Shown here: positions 1-13,694 of the stretch, piece by piece
Layout: each line of letters opens with the position of its first letter
Position numbering within the stretch: position 1 is the stretch's first letter
Source: Pocillopora damicornis
Lineage: Eukaryota
Reading direction: 5' to 3'
Assembly (NCBI RefSeq): GCF_003704095.1
Contig: NW_020846866.1
Coordinates: forward strand, 1-64,000
DNA length: 64,000 nt
The notes under the pieces: model-generated
The model's input: only the letters and a program-made list of their open reading frames with translations
Told to the model about the DNA's origin: nothing
The model's database searches: none
Position numbers and translations under genes: made by a program

Positions 1-3000
1 GCTCTTCGGGAGTAGAACTCAATGAACCATGTCCTGCCTGACCAAAGGTTTAATACGATTCAGTTCGGAAGCGTCGACATCCTACCCCTTTATTAATATC
101 CACTTAGATTTATGGGTCCCTCCAAAAAGTAAAGCTAAGCAGTTTAATGTTTGACGTCTGGCCTTAGATACCCAGAAACATCCAGAAATACTTGCNNNNN
201 NNNNNNNNNNNNNNNNNNNNNNNNNNNNNNNNNNNNNNNNNNNNNNNNNNNNNNNNNNNNNNNNNNNNNNNNNNNNNNNNNNNNNNNNNNNNNNNNNNNN
301 NNNNNNNNNNNNNNNNNNNNNNNNNNNNNNNNNNNNNNNNNNNNNNNNNNNNNNNNNNNNNNNNNNNNNNNNNNNNNNNNNNNNNNNNNNNNNNNNNNNN
401 NNNNNNNNNNNNNNNNNNNNNNNNNNNNNNNNNNNNNNNNNNNNNNNNNNNNNNNNNNNNNNNNNNNNNNNNNNNNNNNNNNNNNNNNNNNNNNNNNNNN
501 NNNNNNNNNNNNNNNNNNNNNNNNNNNNNNNNNNNNNNNNNNNNNNNNNNNNNNNNNNNNNNNNNNNNNNNNNNNNNNNNNNNNNNNNNNNNNNNNNNNN
601 NNNNNNNNNNNNNNNNNNNNNNNNNNNNNNNNNNNNNNNNNNNNNNNNNNNNNNNNNNNNNNNNNNNNNNNNNNNNNNNNNNNNNNNNNNNNNNNNNNNN
701 NNNNNNNNNNNNNNNNNNNNNNNNNGAGAGCTGCCAAGCTTCCTTATCAGATTAATGTCGCTCCAATCAAGTATCAATATATTTGCACTCTACTTTCCTG
801 TGCCTAGGGTTTTAACACTGTTAAAATCTTAAGCACAGGATTACTGAATCATTAGGCANNNNNNNNNNNNNNNNNNNNNNNNNNNNNNNNNNNNNNNNNN
901 NNNNNNNNNNNNNNNNNNNNNNNNNNNNNNNNNNNNNNNNNNNNNNNNNNNNNNNNNNNNNNNNNNNNNNNNNNNNNNNNNNNNNNNNNNNNNNNNNNNN
1001 NNNNNNNNNNNNNNNNNNNNNNNNNNNNNNNNNNNNNNNNNNNNNNNNNNNNNNNNNNNNNNNNNNNNNNNNNNNNNNNNNNNNNNNNNNNNNNNNNNNN
1101 NNNNNNNNNNNNNNNNNNNNNNNNNATGTGGGAAAACCTCCGTGCACTATTTTAGAACCTCAAAGCGCTTTGTATAAATCGTCTTATCGCAGAAAATGTA
1201 GTGGAACAGAATTGTATATTTCTCTTGAAAGAAGACTTTTCCGAATTTACGAGCTGTCATGGATCTAATTATGGTCATACCTTTCTTAGCATTATTTTAC
1301 ACATGCGATATTTGATAAGTTGAGATCAAAAGGGTTGAGAAATAGTTTGTTGTTTCCATCTACAGAATACTTGATTGGTTTTCTGTGTCGATGAAAGACA
1401 AAACATGTAATGTGANNNNNNNNNNNNNNNNNNNNNNNNNNNNNNNNNNNNNNNNNNNNNNNNNNNNNNNNNNNNNNNNNNNNNNNNNNNNNNNNNNNNN
1501 NNNNNNNNNNNNNNNNNNNNNNNNNNNNNNNNNNNNNNNNNNNNNNNNNNNNNNNNNNNNNNNNNNNNNNNNNNNNNNNNNNNNNNNNNNNNNNNNNNNN
1601 NNNNNNNNNNNNNNNNNNNNNAACGTGCTAGAATGCTAAATCGTAGAAAAATCAAATGAATACATTCTCGTCTTCGTGGCGGAATATTGCGGCAAACGAA
1701 CATCTAGACTGAATGAAGTGCCAAGAAAATTGCGACCGGAGAAAATGCCAACCAANNNNNNNNNNNNNNNNNNNNNNNNNNNNNNNNNNNNNNNNNNNNN
1801 NNNNNNNNNNNNNNNNNNNNNNNNNNNNNNNNNNNNNNNNNNNNNNNNNNNNNNNNNNNNNNNNNNNNNNNNNNNNNNNNNNNNNNNNNNNNNNNNNNNN
1901 NNNNNNNNNNNNNNNNNNNNNNNNNNNNNNNNNNNNNNNNNNNNNNNNNNNNNNNNNNNNNNNNNNNNNNNNNNNNNNNNNNNNNNNNNNNNNNNNNNNN
2001 NNNNNNNNNNNNNNNNNNNNNNNNNNNNNNNNNNNNNNNNNNNNNNNNNNNNNNNNNNNNGCTTGAAATCAAACTTTAGAAATTAACTTTGGATGAACGC
2101 CGAACATGAACAGTAAATAGCGAAAGCGGGAGAGAAAGACTATCTGAAGNNNNNNNNNNGCACAAAGGCCAACTGTAACACAAATGTAAGTATTTACACG
2201 GAAGTTTGTTTAAAGTATGTAAAAAGTAATGGACCTCAGGCTTGCGTTNNNNNNNNNNNNNNNNNNNNNNNNNNNNGAATTAGTGTGGAACGATGAAGTT
2301 GGTATAAATTGAATATTAACAAAACAAACAAGCAAATGAAAAGATGAACTTTTCTATAAATGAAATCTCTTCATTGAACCANNNNNNNNNNACGCCATCA
2401 TCAGTTAAATATCATACAATAACATTACCTATTTATGGTTTTCTTTCATCCGAGTACACTTTCAGTTTTGTCCGGCAAACGCCTGATGCAAGGTGCGTGA
2501 TAATTTACTTTGCCATGAACGCTCTTTTATCTCATTTCCAACCGTTAACCCTTTGACATCATCTCCTGCAATCAGATCACAAAATCACTCGCATTTAGAA
2601 ATCCGTTGTAAACAAATGAAAAAGGTTAACGCTTGATTCACGCGAGAGTCATACAGAAGTTCTTTTTAAAGAACATAATTTATCAAAATTCATAATTCGT
2701 TATTTCCCAAGTGTACGTGATTTTCCTTAAGATTTTCTCAACAATATGTATTACTTGAGAACCCCAGTTGAATAATTATTTTGAAAAAAATCGTGACTGA
2801 AGCCTTAAGGACCGTCAGGTTATCTTGTAGATTTCATTCTAGCTTTTTATCATTTAACACAGCTTAGAAATGGTGCACTTTTCGTCCNNNNNNNNNNNNN
2901 NNNNNNNNACCCTTTCTGTTATCAATGATAACTCGTGATGGAAGCAATGTCAAATCAGTTGTTTGTCGATGATGGAGTAAATTAATTCCATTCATATTTG

Positions 3001-5989
3001 AGGCAGAAAAATTCCTAAAAGGTGTGATCGTCGCATTAGAGAACATTCTTCCGTTTGAATTAGCAAGTTATGCCCAGATCCAAAGATCTGACTTTTTTCA
3101 GTTCTCGCCGTGACACTACCAAAGATGATAAACATCTCAAATAATTTCACAGTGGCGTGTCAGGCACTTAATTGAAACCAAGAATTTTCCTCACAAAGAA
3201 ATTGGTTTTATCCAAACATCGCAGAAAATTTTAAGATAAATTAGCGATTAATGCCTAATGGCGTGCAAAGTCTGAAATACGATACCTTGAGTTTAACAGG
3301 TGACCCTATTCGGCTGAATGATAGANNNNNNNNNNNNNNNNNNNNNNNNNNNNNNNNNNNNNNNNNNNNNNNNNNNNNNNNNNNNNNNNNNNATTGCAAT
3401 GAAATAAGAAATGGAGCATAGTTACTATTGAAACCTAGATGATAGATTGATAGAAGAACAGTGACGTTTTTGAGCTAGCCCCTTTATAATATAATAATAT
3501 AATAATCATTAATATATTAATATAATAATCATTAATATATTAATATAANNNNNNNNNNNNNNNNNNNNNNNNNNNNNNNNNNNNNNNNNNNNNNNNNNNN
3601 NNNNNNNNNNNNNNNNNNNNNNNNNNNNNNNNNNNNNNNNNNNNNNNNNNNNNNNNNNNNNNNNNNNNNNNNNNNNNNNNNNNNNNNNNNNNNNNNNNNN
3701 NNNNNNNNNNNNNNNNNNNNNNNNNNNNNNNNNNNNNNNNNNNNNNNNNNNNNNNNNNNNNNNNNNNNNNNNNNNNNNNNNNNNNNNNNNNNNNNNNNNN
3801 NNNNNNNNNNNNNNNNNNNNNNNNNAAGTGGTCAGGGAGGGAGTTCCAGTACTGCTTCGACAACCCTTTGTTCAGCAAAACACCTTTCAGTATCAATCGG
3901 ACTAATTAGAAAGTATTGAAAACAGAAAGACCAGGATAAAAGAAGAGCCAAATTTTTTTAAAGAAAATGTTTATTAAACTAACAAGATTACTAATGACTC
4001 TGTACCCACCAGTATACAAATAATCGATATAATGCTTTTGTACTCTAAAAATGTCCCAATTGCATTTGAACCTAAGCTGCCTGAATAATAGGAAATTTGN
4101 NNNNNNNNNNNNNNNNNNNNNNNNNNNNNNNNNNNNNNNNNNNNNNNNNNNNNNNNNNNNNNNNNNNNNNNNNNNNNNNNNNNNNNNNNNNNNNNNNNNN
4201 NNNNNNNNNNNNNNNNNNNNNNNNNNNNNNNNNNNNNNNNNNNNNNNNNNNNNNNNNNNNNNNNNNNNNNNNNNNNNNNNNNNNNNNNNNNNNNNNNNNN
4301 NNNNNNNNNNNNNNNNNNNNNNNNNNNNNNNNNNNNNNNNNNNNNNNNNNNNNNNNNNNNNNNNNNNNNNNNNNNNNNNNNNNNNNNNNNNNNNNNNNNN
4401 NNNNNNNNNNNNNNNNNNNNNNNNNNGTTTTCAGCTAATTGAATTGTAGAGAGCGATCACGATCTTGCGTCAGTGTCTATCATTTGGGGAAGCACGTTTA
4501 CAGATTGGAATGCGAAGCTAACAAACCAGTAGTTATCCTTTTACTGACAATGTTCTTTGCGTTGACACTAGTAAGAGCTGGAAACTTTCCAATGATGATC
4601 AACCTAGACTCATATTCTTACAACGAGTTAATTCAAGATGAAGATAAATAAGCCGACTGCGGTAAAAAGCGAACAGGCAATGACATGTTGTCTATTTCNN
4701 NNNNNNNNNNNNNNNNNNNAGATGATTTTCAGCGGTGGGTTCAAACTTTTATGGTATTCGGCAAAAAAGTTATCTTTCATTTACACTTTTACGCTTTACT
4801 TAAGCCAATCCTGAACATTATTCTCTCATTCGCAGCTAAAGTAAGTTTCATTTTAGTGACTAAAGACTGAAGTCATACAGTGCGAAGTGTGATTTTTGAA
4901 GTTCACTAGGAATAGGTAATTACATGACAGACGCAAGTTGGGCAAGTTATGTAACTTTCTATTGCGGAAAACTTTCTTTTCCAAACGAAAAATTGGAATA
5001 CATGTATTCAGAAAGCTTGCCTCTTCGACACCATTCATTGTTAATGAGTGGTGGTGAATTNNNNNNNNNNNNNNNNNNNNNNNNNNNNNNNNNNNNNNNN
5101 NNNNNNNNNNNNNNNNNNNNNNNNNNNNNNNNNNNNNNNNNNNNNNNNNNNNNNNNNNNNNNNNNNNNNNNNNNNNNNNNNNNNNNNNNNNNNNNNNNNN
5201 NNNNNNNNNNNNNNNNNNNNNNNNNNNNNNNNNNNNNNNNNNNNNNNNNNNNNNNNNNNNNNNNNNNNNNNNNNNNNNNNNNNNNNNNNNNNNNNNNNNN
5301 NNNNNNNNNNNNNNNNNNNNNNNNNNNNNNNNNNNNNNNNNNNNNNNNNNNNNNNNNNNNNNNNNNNNNNNNTGAAAAATTTGTTACAGCTTCATAATGT
5401 TTCCTTAATGGCATATAATACACTTCGAGTAAGGAACTGTTTTTGGTTTTAATTGTTTGTCTCACAGTCTTACACATTTAAGACGCCGTGGAAACCTCAG
5501 ACGGTTTCTCTAATTATGATATCAATCGAAGTTTTTTCTCTCTTTTCAAAATCGATTTTCAAATGTTTTCATTTCCACCTTCTTTCTNNNNNNNNNNNNN
5601 NNNNNNNNNNNNNNNNNNNNNNNNNNNNNNNNNNNNNNNNNNNNNNNNNNNNNNNNNNNNNNNNNNNNNNNNNNNNNNNNNNNNNNNNNNNNNNNNNNNN
5701 NNNNNNNNNNNNNNNNNNNNNNNNNNNNNNNNNNNNNNNNNNNNNNNNNNNNNNNNNNNNNNNNNNNNNNNNNNNNNNNNNNNNNNNNNNNNNNNNNNNN
5801 NNNNNNNNNNNNNNNNNNNNNNNNNNNNNNNNNNNNNNNNNNNNNNNNNNNNNNNNTGCACAGCAAACTGTGAACAGTCGCCTGCCCTGTTGGCGAATAA
5901 GAACATCACTCAACATTGTGAAGAAAACCTCTTTAGAATTGCCGTCCCTGCCGGCCAAAAACGTTCGTGTTACTTGAATNNNNNNNNNN

Positions 5990-6490
5990 CTCATAATGTG
6001 TAAACGGTATTCTCTAATACGTAGAAGAATGCAATGGTGATTAATTCTAGTCATTTATATCTGTCTGTTTGGCTGCGGTGAAAGTCATGTGTTCAACTTT
6101 GTTACGTTATAAGTGGGGGCAATTAAACCGTACATGCATGATAACGAAAGGGACACTCAGGAGAAATTCACGAGACAAAGAAGCAGTTAGACAAACTTCT
6201 TGAAGACGGTCTTTACTTAGAGATGACGCAATTATTGCGATCTGTTACAAATATTGTAACGACGTAGTATCACGATGGTCGAGAAACCTGTTTTCTTTAT
6301 TTGTACATCTTAGAAGAACATCGCGCACATTGTGACGTCATAATAACATAATTTATGACACTCTCCCGAGCCGATTAGATAAGAAACAGTATGGAATGAT
6401 TAGCAAAGGATAAATGTTTAAGAATAGTATCGTAATGAATCTGATATCGTTCATGTCAAGTATTCATTTCTGATTTTTCCCGGATTCTAT
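5990..6490 (-). mobile_element. BEL/Pao LTR retrotransposon remnant (3' region, polypurine tract and LTR start)
   Basis: 6255-6490 closely matches 11957-12189, which follows a BEL/Pao pol C-terminus. On the minus strand a purine-rich tract (CGGCTCGGGAGAG) is followed by TGTCATAA at 6360, read as the LTR start. The far end of the LTR is uncertain. Confidence 0.55.
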
Positions 6491-8125
6491 TATCATTATT
6501 AAGTTATTACTTATCATCGGAGGGGGGAGGTCAGCCGTCTATAACAAAAGATAGAGGACATACTATAGAAAATTGATTGGCAATGAAGGGGGGGAATACA
6601 CGTTAAAAATAAACAAACGTCTCAACAGCGTCTGACAACTGAAAATAAAATCGTNNNNNNNNNNNNNNNNNNNNNNNNNNNNNNNNNNNNNNNNNNNNNN
6701 NNNNNNNNNNNNNNNNNNNNNNNNNNNNNNNNNNNNNNNNNNNNNNNNNNNNNNNNNNNNNNNNNNNNNNNNNNNNNNNNNNNNNNNNNNNNNNNNNNNN
6801 NNNNNNNNNNNNNNNNNNNNNNNNNNNNNNNNNNNNNNNNNNNNNNNNNNNNNNNNNNNNNNNNNNNNNNNNNNNNNNNNNNNNNNNNNNNNNNNNNNNN
6901 NNNNNNNNNNNNNNNNNNNNNNNNNNNNNNAAACAGCTGAAACCAGTGTTCCAGTAAGAACGCTCATGTCCAAAGTTCTTTCAATTTCGATTTTGAAACT
7001 AAATGCTTTAAACATCATAAAAAAATAGCGCGAGAAACGTTTATGCCACATTAAAAGCACTGTTATACATCTTAAGTTCTTGAAGATACATAGTTGTGTT
7101 ACTTTCNNNNNNNNNNNNNNNNNNNNNNNNNNNNNNNNNNNNNNNNNNNNNNNNNNNNNNNNNNNNNNNNNNNNNNNNNNNNNNNNNNNNNNNNNNNNNN
7201 NNNNNNNNNNNNNNNNNNNNNNNNNNNNNNNNNNNNNNNNNNNNNNNNNNNNNNNNNNNNNNNNNNNNNNNNNNNNNNNNNNNNNNNNNNNNNNNNNNNN
7301 NNNNNNNNNNNNNNNNNNNNNNNNNNNNNNNNNNNNNNNNNNNNNNNNNNNNNNNNNNNNNNNNNNNNNNNNNNNNNNNNNNNNNNNNNNNNNNNNNNNN
7401 NNNNNNNNNNNNNNNNNNNNNNNNNNNNNNNNNNNNNNNNNNNNNNNNNNNNNNNNNNNNNNNNNNNNNNNNNNNNNNNNNNNNNNNNNNNNNNNNNNNN
7501 NNNNNNNNNNNNNNNNNNNNNNNNNNNNNNNNNNNNNNNNNNNNNNNNNNNNNNNNNNNNNNNNNNATGAGTATACCATGAAGGCCAGAGTAAACCTTTG
7601 GCCTGTTCAACCTTTGTCTCTTGATACGATCAAAATTAATCTCGGACATATATTTATGCAGGACATCTGTATACTAGTTTTAATATTGNNNNNNNNNNNN
7701 NNNNNNNNNNNNNNNNNNNNNNNNNNNNNNNNNNNNNNNNNNNNNNNNNNNNNNNNNNNNNNNNNNNNNNNNNNNNNNNNNNNNNNNNAAATATAAATCT
7801 CATTAAACTAACTCTTATACACATTGCAATTTCAACAAATACCTTGAGGATAAATTGTGCTGCAACTCAACATCTCAAGTAATACAAGCTGAGAATGTAG
7901 CATTTCCATGTTGATATNNNNNNNNNNNNNNNNNNNNNNNNNNNTGGAAAAAAAGAAATAGTTTTCAAATGTAATTTAAGTTATCTTTTTTGACAAAAAA
8001 ATTCTCCTGCTAAACAAAAAAACAGTAAACACTCCCAAATAAAAGTTCTGCCAATTTTCAATGCAAAATGGGTAGATGACAAAAGGGAAGGTTCGTTCTC
8101 TTTCGTGACATAGAAAAAAACTTAC

Positions 8126-8582
8126 CAAAACATTTTATGCTCCACCAAGAAAAAGNNNNNNNNNNNNNNNCACCCTTCAAAGGAGGAGAGTCTACAAAGT
8201 GACCTTGTTGCTTTTCAACTGCTTCTTGAAACTTTTTAAAATCGTCATCAGTAATAATCTTTCTCAACAAATCAGATTTGTGGTTTTCTATAAATCTGTC
8301 CACACTGTTTATCCCTTGTGACAACAGTTTTGAGTAGTAGGTATCCAAATGAATTTGTTGTAGCCAAGATAGAAGTTGTAGTTCAAGTCTGGCTTTCTGT
8401 ACAGCCTGCTCTAGTTTNNNNNNNNNNNNNNNNNNNNNNNNNNNNNNNNNNNNNNNNNNNNNNNNNNNNNNNNNNNNNNNNNNNNNNNNNNNNNNNNNNN
8501 NNNNNNNNNNNNNNTTTAGCATCAAGGGTTGCAAACTTGGCTTTAGTAAGAATACCTAAAAGAAAAATATCATCATCATCAT
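8126..8582 (-). CDS. Internal coding exon with SAM-like helical motif (gene fragment, interrupted by N-gaps)
   Basis: Acceptor tttatag| at 8583 and donor |gtaag at 8125, phase 1/1. Translation ...DDDDIFLLGILTKAKFATLDAK...KLEQAVQKARLELQLLSWLQQIHLDTYYSKLLSQGINSVDRFIENHKSDLLRKIITDDDFKKFQEAVEK resembles the SAM consensus (WL..i.L..Y...l...Gi.s). The rest of the gene could not be resolved. Confidence 0.5.
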
Positions 8583-9759
8583 CTATAAACAACACAGAAA
8601 AATACCATAAAAAGATCACGATATCAGGGTCCAAATTGCAATCAACTAAAAATTTATTGGTTGTCACCCGAATTTTAACTCTGGTCGTCAATAAGCGACT
8701 CATTTCAAGTTTGAAATAATGTATGTCCCTATACTAACAAACCAACCAGCACCCTATCATTATAGCTTGTTTTTTCGAATCGTATAGGCTACNNNNNNNN
8801 NNNNNNNNNNNNNNNNNNNNNNNNNNNNNNNNNNNNNNNNNNNNNNNNNNNNNNNNNNNNNNNNNNNNNNNNNNNNNNNNNNNNNNNNNNNNNNNNNNNN
8901 NNNNNNNNNNNNNNNNNNNNNNNNNNNNNNNNNNNNNNNNNNNNNNNNNNNNNNNNNNNNNNNNNNNNNNNNNNNNNNNNNNNNNNNNATTACCATCGTA
9001 AGTCCTTGCCATGTACTGGACCATGGTAAACTGTGGGGAGTTATCTAAATTATTATGTCTGAGATGTTATTTAAAGAAATTCGATTATGCCTCTTGAAGT
9101 AACGACAAATTACATTGCACAATACTTAAATGTAAGGAACTAACTATCACACATACCANNNNNNNNNNNNNNNNNNNNNNNNNNNNNNNNNNNNNNNNTA
9201 AAACAGAAACCCCAAACCAAAAATCAAAACCGCGATCTTGTTCATCATCTTGAGTAAATATTATGCATAGCCGAGCTCTTAGCCGTTTTAGAGACGTTAG
9301 AGCTTTCCCGTTATTTCTTCATCCATATAAATCAGAATTTNNNNNNNNNNNNNNNNNNNNNNNNNNNNNNNNNNNNNNNNNNNNNNNNNNNNNNNNNNNN
9401 NNNNNNNNNNNNNNNNNNNNNNNNNNNNNNNNNNNNNNNNNNNNNNNNNNNNNNNNNNNNNNNNNNNNNNNNNNNNNGGGCGCAAGTGCTGGTCAGTTGA
9501 AGGACGATCGCGTGACAGCTCCGTTACTTTCTTGACTAGGTGTCCGTGACATCAGTAGATTTCTAAAGTTTTCCTGATCAGTTTCATCAACGGTCCAAAT
9601 TTGGGCGTGACTGACATTTTCAATGATTCAGAATCAACTTGAGGTGTGCTATATTTCCACTCTTATCTGAAGTGTAAAACTGTTATAAGTCTCTCTAACC
9701 TATATCAGTCAATCTGNNNNNNNNNNATTAATTGCTTGATCAAAGCAAGGGTCGAGTAA

Positions 9760-12700
9760 GCGTTCAATCTCGATCTGATGAAAAAATGAGCTTTGTGTTT
9801 TGAATCCAACTGAAAATGAAAATAAGTTTCCCGAACAATCCGATTTTATAAGAGCACCATTGTATTCATTTTAGGTTTTATCCAAANNNNNNNNNNNNNN
9901 NNNNNNNNNNNNNNNNNNNNNNNNNNNNNNNNNNNNNNNNNNNNNNNNNNNNNNNNNNNNNNNNNNNNNNNNNNNNNNNNNNNNNNNNNNNNNNNNNNNN
10001 NNNNNNNNNNNNNNNNNNNNNNNNNNNNNNNNNNNNNNNNNNNNNNNNNNNNNNNNNNNNNNNNNNNNNNNNNNNNNNNNNNNNNNNNNNNNNNNNNNNN
10101 NNNNNNNNNNNNNNNNNNNNNNNNNNNNNNNNNNNNNNNNNNNNNNNNNNNNNNNNNNNNNNNNNNNNNNNNNNNNNNNNNNNNNNNNNNNNNNNNNNNN
10201 NNNNNNNNNNNNNNNNNNGAGGATCGGAGTTGTTTGTCATCACTTTGTGAAAGGCAAAACAGGAGAAACAAATATATGGGGTTGGGTTGTGGAGGATACT
10301 GTAACAGCTTACGAAAAGTTTTAACCTTCCNNNNNNNNNNNNNNNNNNNNNNNNNNNNNNNNNNNNNNNNNNNNNNNNNNNNNNNNNNNNNNNNNNNNNN
10401 NNNNNNNNNNNNNNNNNNNNNNNNNNNNNNNNNNNNNNNNNNNNNNNNNNNNNNNNNNNNNNNNNNNNNNNNNNNNNNNNNNNNNNNNNNNNNNNNNNNN
10501 NNNNNNNNNNNNNNNNNNNNNNNNNNNNNNNNNNNNNNNNNNNNNNNNNNNNNNNNNNNNNNNNNNNNNNNNNNNNNNNNNNNNNNNNNNNNNNNNNNNN
10601 NNNNNNNNNNNNNNNNNNNNNNNNNNNNNNNNNNNNNNNNNNNNNNNNNNNNNNNNNNNNNNNNNNNNNNNNNNNNNNNNNNNNNNNNNNNNNNNNNNNN
10701 NNNNNNNNNNTCCATCACGACAATTGAAAGTGAAGGGAACTATCTCATTTCTATACATAAAAAAACATATGACTCGCCGTTGTAAAACTTGATTCTTTTG
10801 CTCAGTAAAGTTTCCTAGTTCTATCATTTTTTTCCTAGTTTCTATTATACGTATGANNNNNNNNNNGTTGTAGTTGCACGAGAGCGAGAATTGTTAGGCC
10901 GAAATTCCTAAACTTGAACTTGAAGAGCTTGAAAATACTCCAAATTGTACAGTGCAAAAGCTGGAGCCAGTAATAAACATGAAAGAACACGTTTCATAAT
11001 AAAATCATTACAATCGTNNNNNNNNNNGCTATCGGTAAGAAACTGAATTTGAAGTGTGTAAATAAGCCCATGCAAATAAGAAAAAATGTCATTTTTAGTT
11101 GAAACTAAGTCTTTCATTTTTCGACATCGACATTATAAAANNNNNNNNNNNNNNNNNNNNNNNNNNNNNNNNNNNNNNNNNNNNNNNNNNNNNNNNNNNN
11201 NNNNNNNNNNNNNNNNNNNNNNNNNNNNNNNNNNNNNNNNACATTCCACATTTCCTCCTTCGAGCAAGAAATTAAATTTCCATTTTCTGGAAAATTTTAC
11301 CCGCGTTATTCAGTTTTCGTAGTGATCAAACCACGTGCCATTAAATTTGTCTTTCGCACCATCACGACAACTGAAAGTGAAGGGAACTATCTCATTTTTA
11401 TATATAAAAGACATATGACTCGCCGGTGTAAAACTTGATTCTTTTGCTCAGTAAAGTTTCCCAGTTCTATCATTTTTTTCCTAGTTTCTAACATATACGT
11501 ATGAACATTTTCTGGTTGTAGTTGCACGAGAGCGAGAATTGTGAGGCCGAAATTCTTAAACTTGAACTTGAAGATCTTGAAAATACTCCAACTTGTGCAA
11601 TGCAAAAGCTGGATCCATTAATAAACATGAAAGAACACGTTTTATAATAAAATAATTACAATCGTATCAGGAAACGCTATCGGTAAGAAACTGAAATTAA
11701 AATATGAAAATAAGCCTATGCGAATAAGGAAATATGTCTTTTTTAGACAAAACTAAGTCTTTCATTTTCCGACATAGACATTATAAAATGGTGATAAAGT
11801 GAGAAGAAGCTGTATTGAATCTGTGACTGGTGGATTTCTTGTTGACTAGTCCGAGTTAAAATTCAGAGGAAGCAGCTCTCCGACCGGAATTTTATTTCAA
11901 GGCATTCAATTCTTGGTAAGTAATAACTAGAAAACTGATTCAGTGTTACAACTATAGTAAAGACGTAATATCACGGTGGTCAAGGAACCTGTTTTCTTTA
12001 TTTGTAAATCTCAGAACATCGCACACATTGTGACTTCATAATTACATAATTTATGACACTCTCCCGGGCCGAATAGATAAGAAACAATATGGAATTATTA
12101 GCAAAGGATAAATGTTTAAGAATAGTATCGTAATTAATCTTGATATCGTTCATGTCAGGTATTCATTTCTGATTGTTCCCGGATTCTATGAGTTGCCTTC
12201 TGAGCGGCAAGTCGTACTGGAGGACGTTGTTTATCGGCTATAGCTTCTTTGTCTTCCTTTTCAATATCTTGTGCACTGTTCTCGCTCGACACTTCCAGTG
12301 GATAAAGCTTCTCTATAGGTCTTAATAGTTCACTACCAGAGCTTATTCTTAAAGATACAGATCTGACTAATCCGTCTTTCCCTTTATGTAAATCAGTAAC
12401 GACACCTATTTTCCACTGATTACGTGGTACATTTCATGTATGAGAACAACGTCTCCTAAAGCAACTGCTGTCTTGTTTGATGTTTTCTTTTGATAAGAGT
12501 TATATTCACGCAGACTTGTCAAATATTCCTTTTGCCATCGAGTNNNNNNNNNNNNNNNNNNNNNNNNNNNNNNNNNNNNNNNNNNNNNNNNNNNNNNNNN
12601 NNNNNNNNNNNNNNNNNNNNNNNNNNNNNNNNNNNNNNNNNNNCACGCTAATCATACGGCCAGCATATCTCAACAAACCGAAATTCCACTTTTAATAAGA

Positions 12701-13694
12701 AGTTCTGAGGTCGAAATGTTCTGTTCTTTGTATTATTTTTGTTTTGTTTGTTCTTGTGAAAAAGATGGTTGTTTCAGTTTGCTTGATTGTTGCCTGTAGT
12801 CAAACTGTTACTCGACTCTTTAAGGGTTTTGTTTAAAAGCGTCCAATCTCGATCTGATAAAAAATAAGCTTTGTGTTTTGAATCCAATTGAAAATGAAAA
12901 TAAGGTTCCCGAACAGTCTTCTTTTAAAAGAGCACCATTGTATTTAAAACTTCTGTGACGTAATTTGTCCGTCTCAATTTATGAGCGTTTTACATGCAGC
13001 TCATCAAGTCGTCGAATTAGAACTCTGAATACTTTTGCTTGTCTCCTCGCGAAATAAGCTCTTTAAATCCCAATATTTGATTTGAATTCCCCTTTCTAGC
13101 TGTTACAAAATCCTTGTAAATCACGAATCAAGAATTTGGTGTCTTCTCAAGAGGACATCGTTAGGCTGATGAAAGTATTTCTTCTCGTCACGTTTTTGCC
13201 AGGTAATGTATTGGTATTACCAAGAGAATTTACATGGCAATCATTTCTGAGGATCGGAGTTGTTTGTTATCACTTTGTGCATGGCAAAACAGGGGAAACA
13301 AAAACATGGGGTGGGGTTGGGTTGTGGAGGATACTGTAACAGCTTACGAAAAGTTTCAACATTCCACGTTTCTTCCTTCGAGCAAGAAATTTAAATTTCC
13401 ATTTTCTGGAAATTTTACCCGCGTTATTCATTTTTCGTAGTGATCAAACGACATGTCATTAAATTTGTCTTTCGCTCCATCACGACAATTGAAAGTGAAG
13501 GGAACTGTTACATTTCTATCCGTAAAAAACACATGACTCGCCGGTGTAAAACTTGATTCTTTTGTTCAGTAAGTTTCCTAGTTCTATTATGTTCCCTAGT
13601 TTCTATTTTATATATGAACATTTCCTGGTTGTAGTTGCAGGAGAGCGAGAATTGTAAGGCCGAAATTCTTAAACTTGAACTTGAAGATCTTGAA
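9760..13694 (+). repeat. Non-coding module present in up to three diverged copies upstream of the TPR-CHAT genes
   Basis: 10711-11140 ~ 11357-11790 ~ 13475-13694; 10219-10330 ~ 13249-13366; 9760-9865 ~ 12840-12945; 11241-11357 ~ 13358-13475. The copies differ by scattered substitutions and small indels. Confidence 0.85.
11957..12500 (-). mobile_element. BEL/Pao LTR retrotransposon 3' remnant (DUF5641-type pol tail, polypurine tract, truncated LTR)
   Basis: Minus strand gives AVALGDVVLIHE/(frameshift)VPRNQWKIGVVTDLHKGKDGLVRSVSLRISSGSELLRPIEKLYPLEV...RPPVRLAAQKA, the typical BEL/Pao post-integrase domain. It is followed by CGGCCCGGGAGAG then TGTCATAA at 12058. Confidence 0.8.

Noticed and set aside
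3485-3549. AT-rich tandem repeat (also (GAT)n at ~49757 and (AC)n at ~39175)
   Set aside because: Ordinary simple repeats with no further signal.
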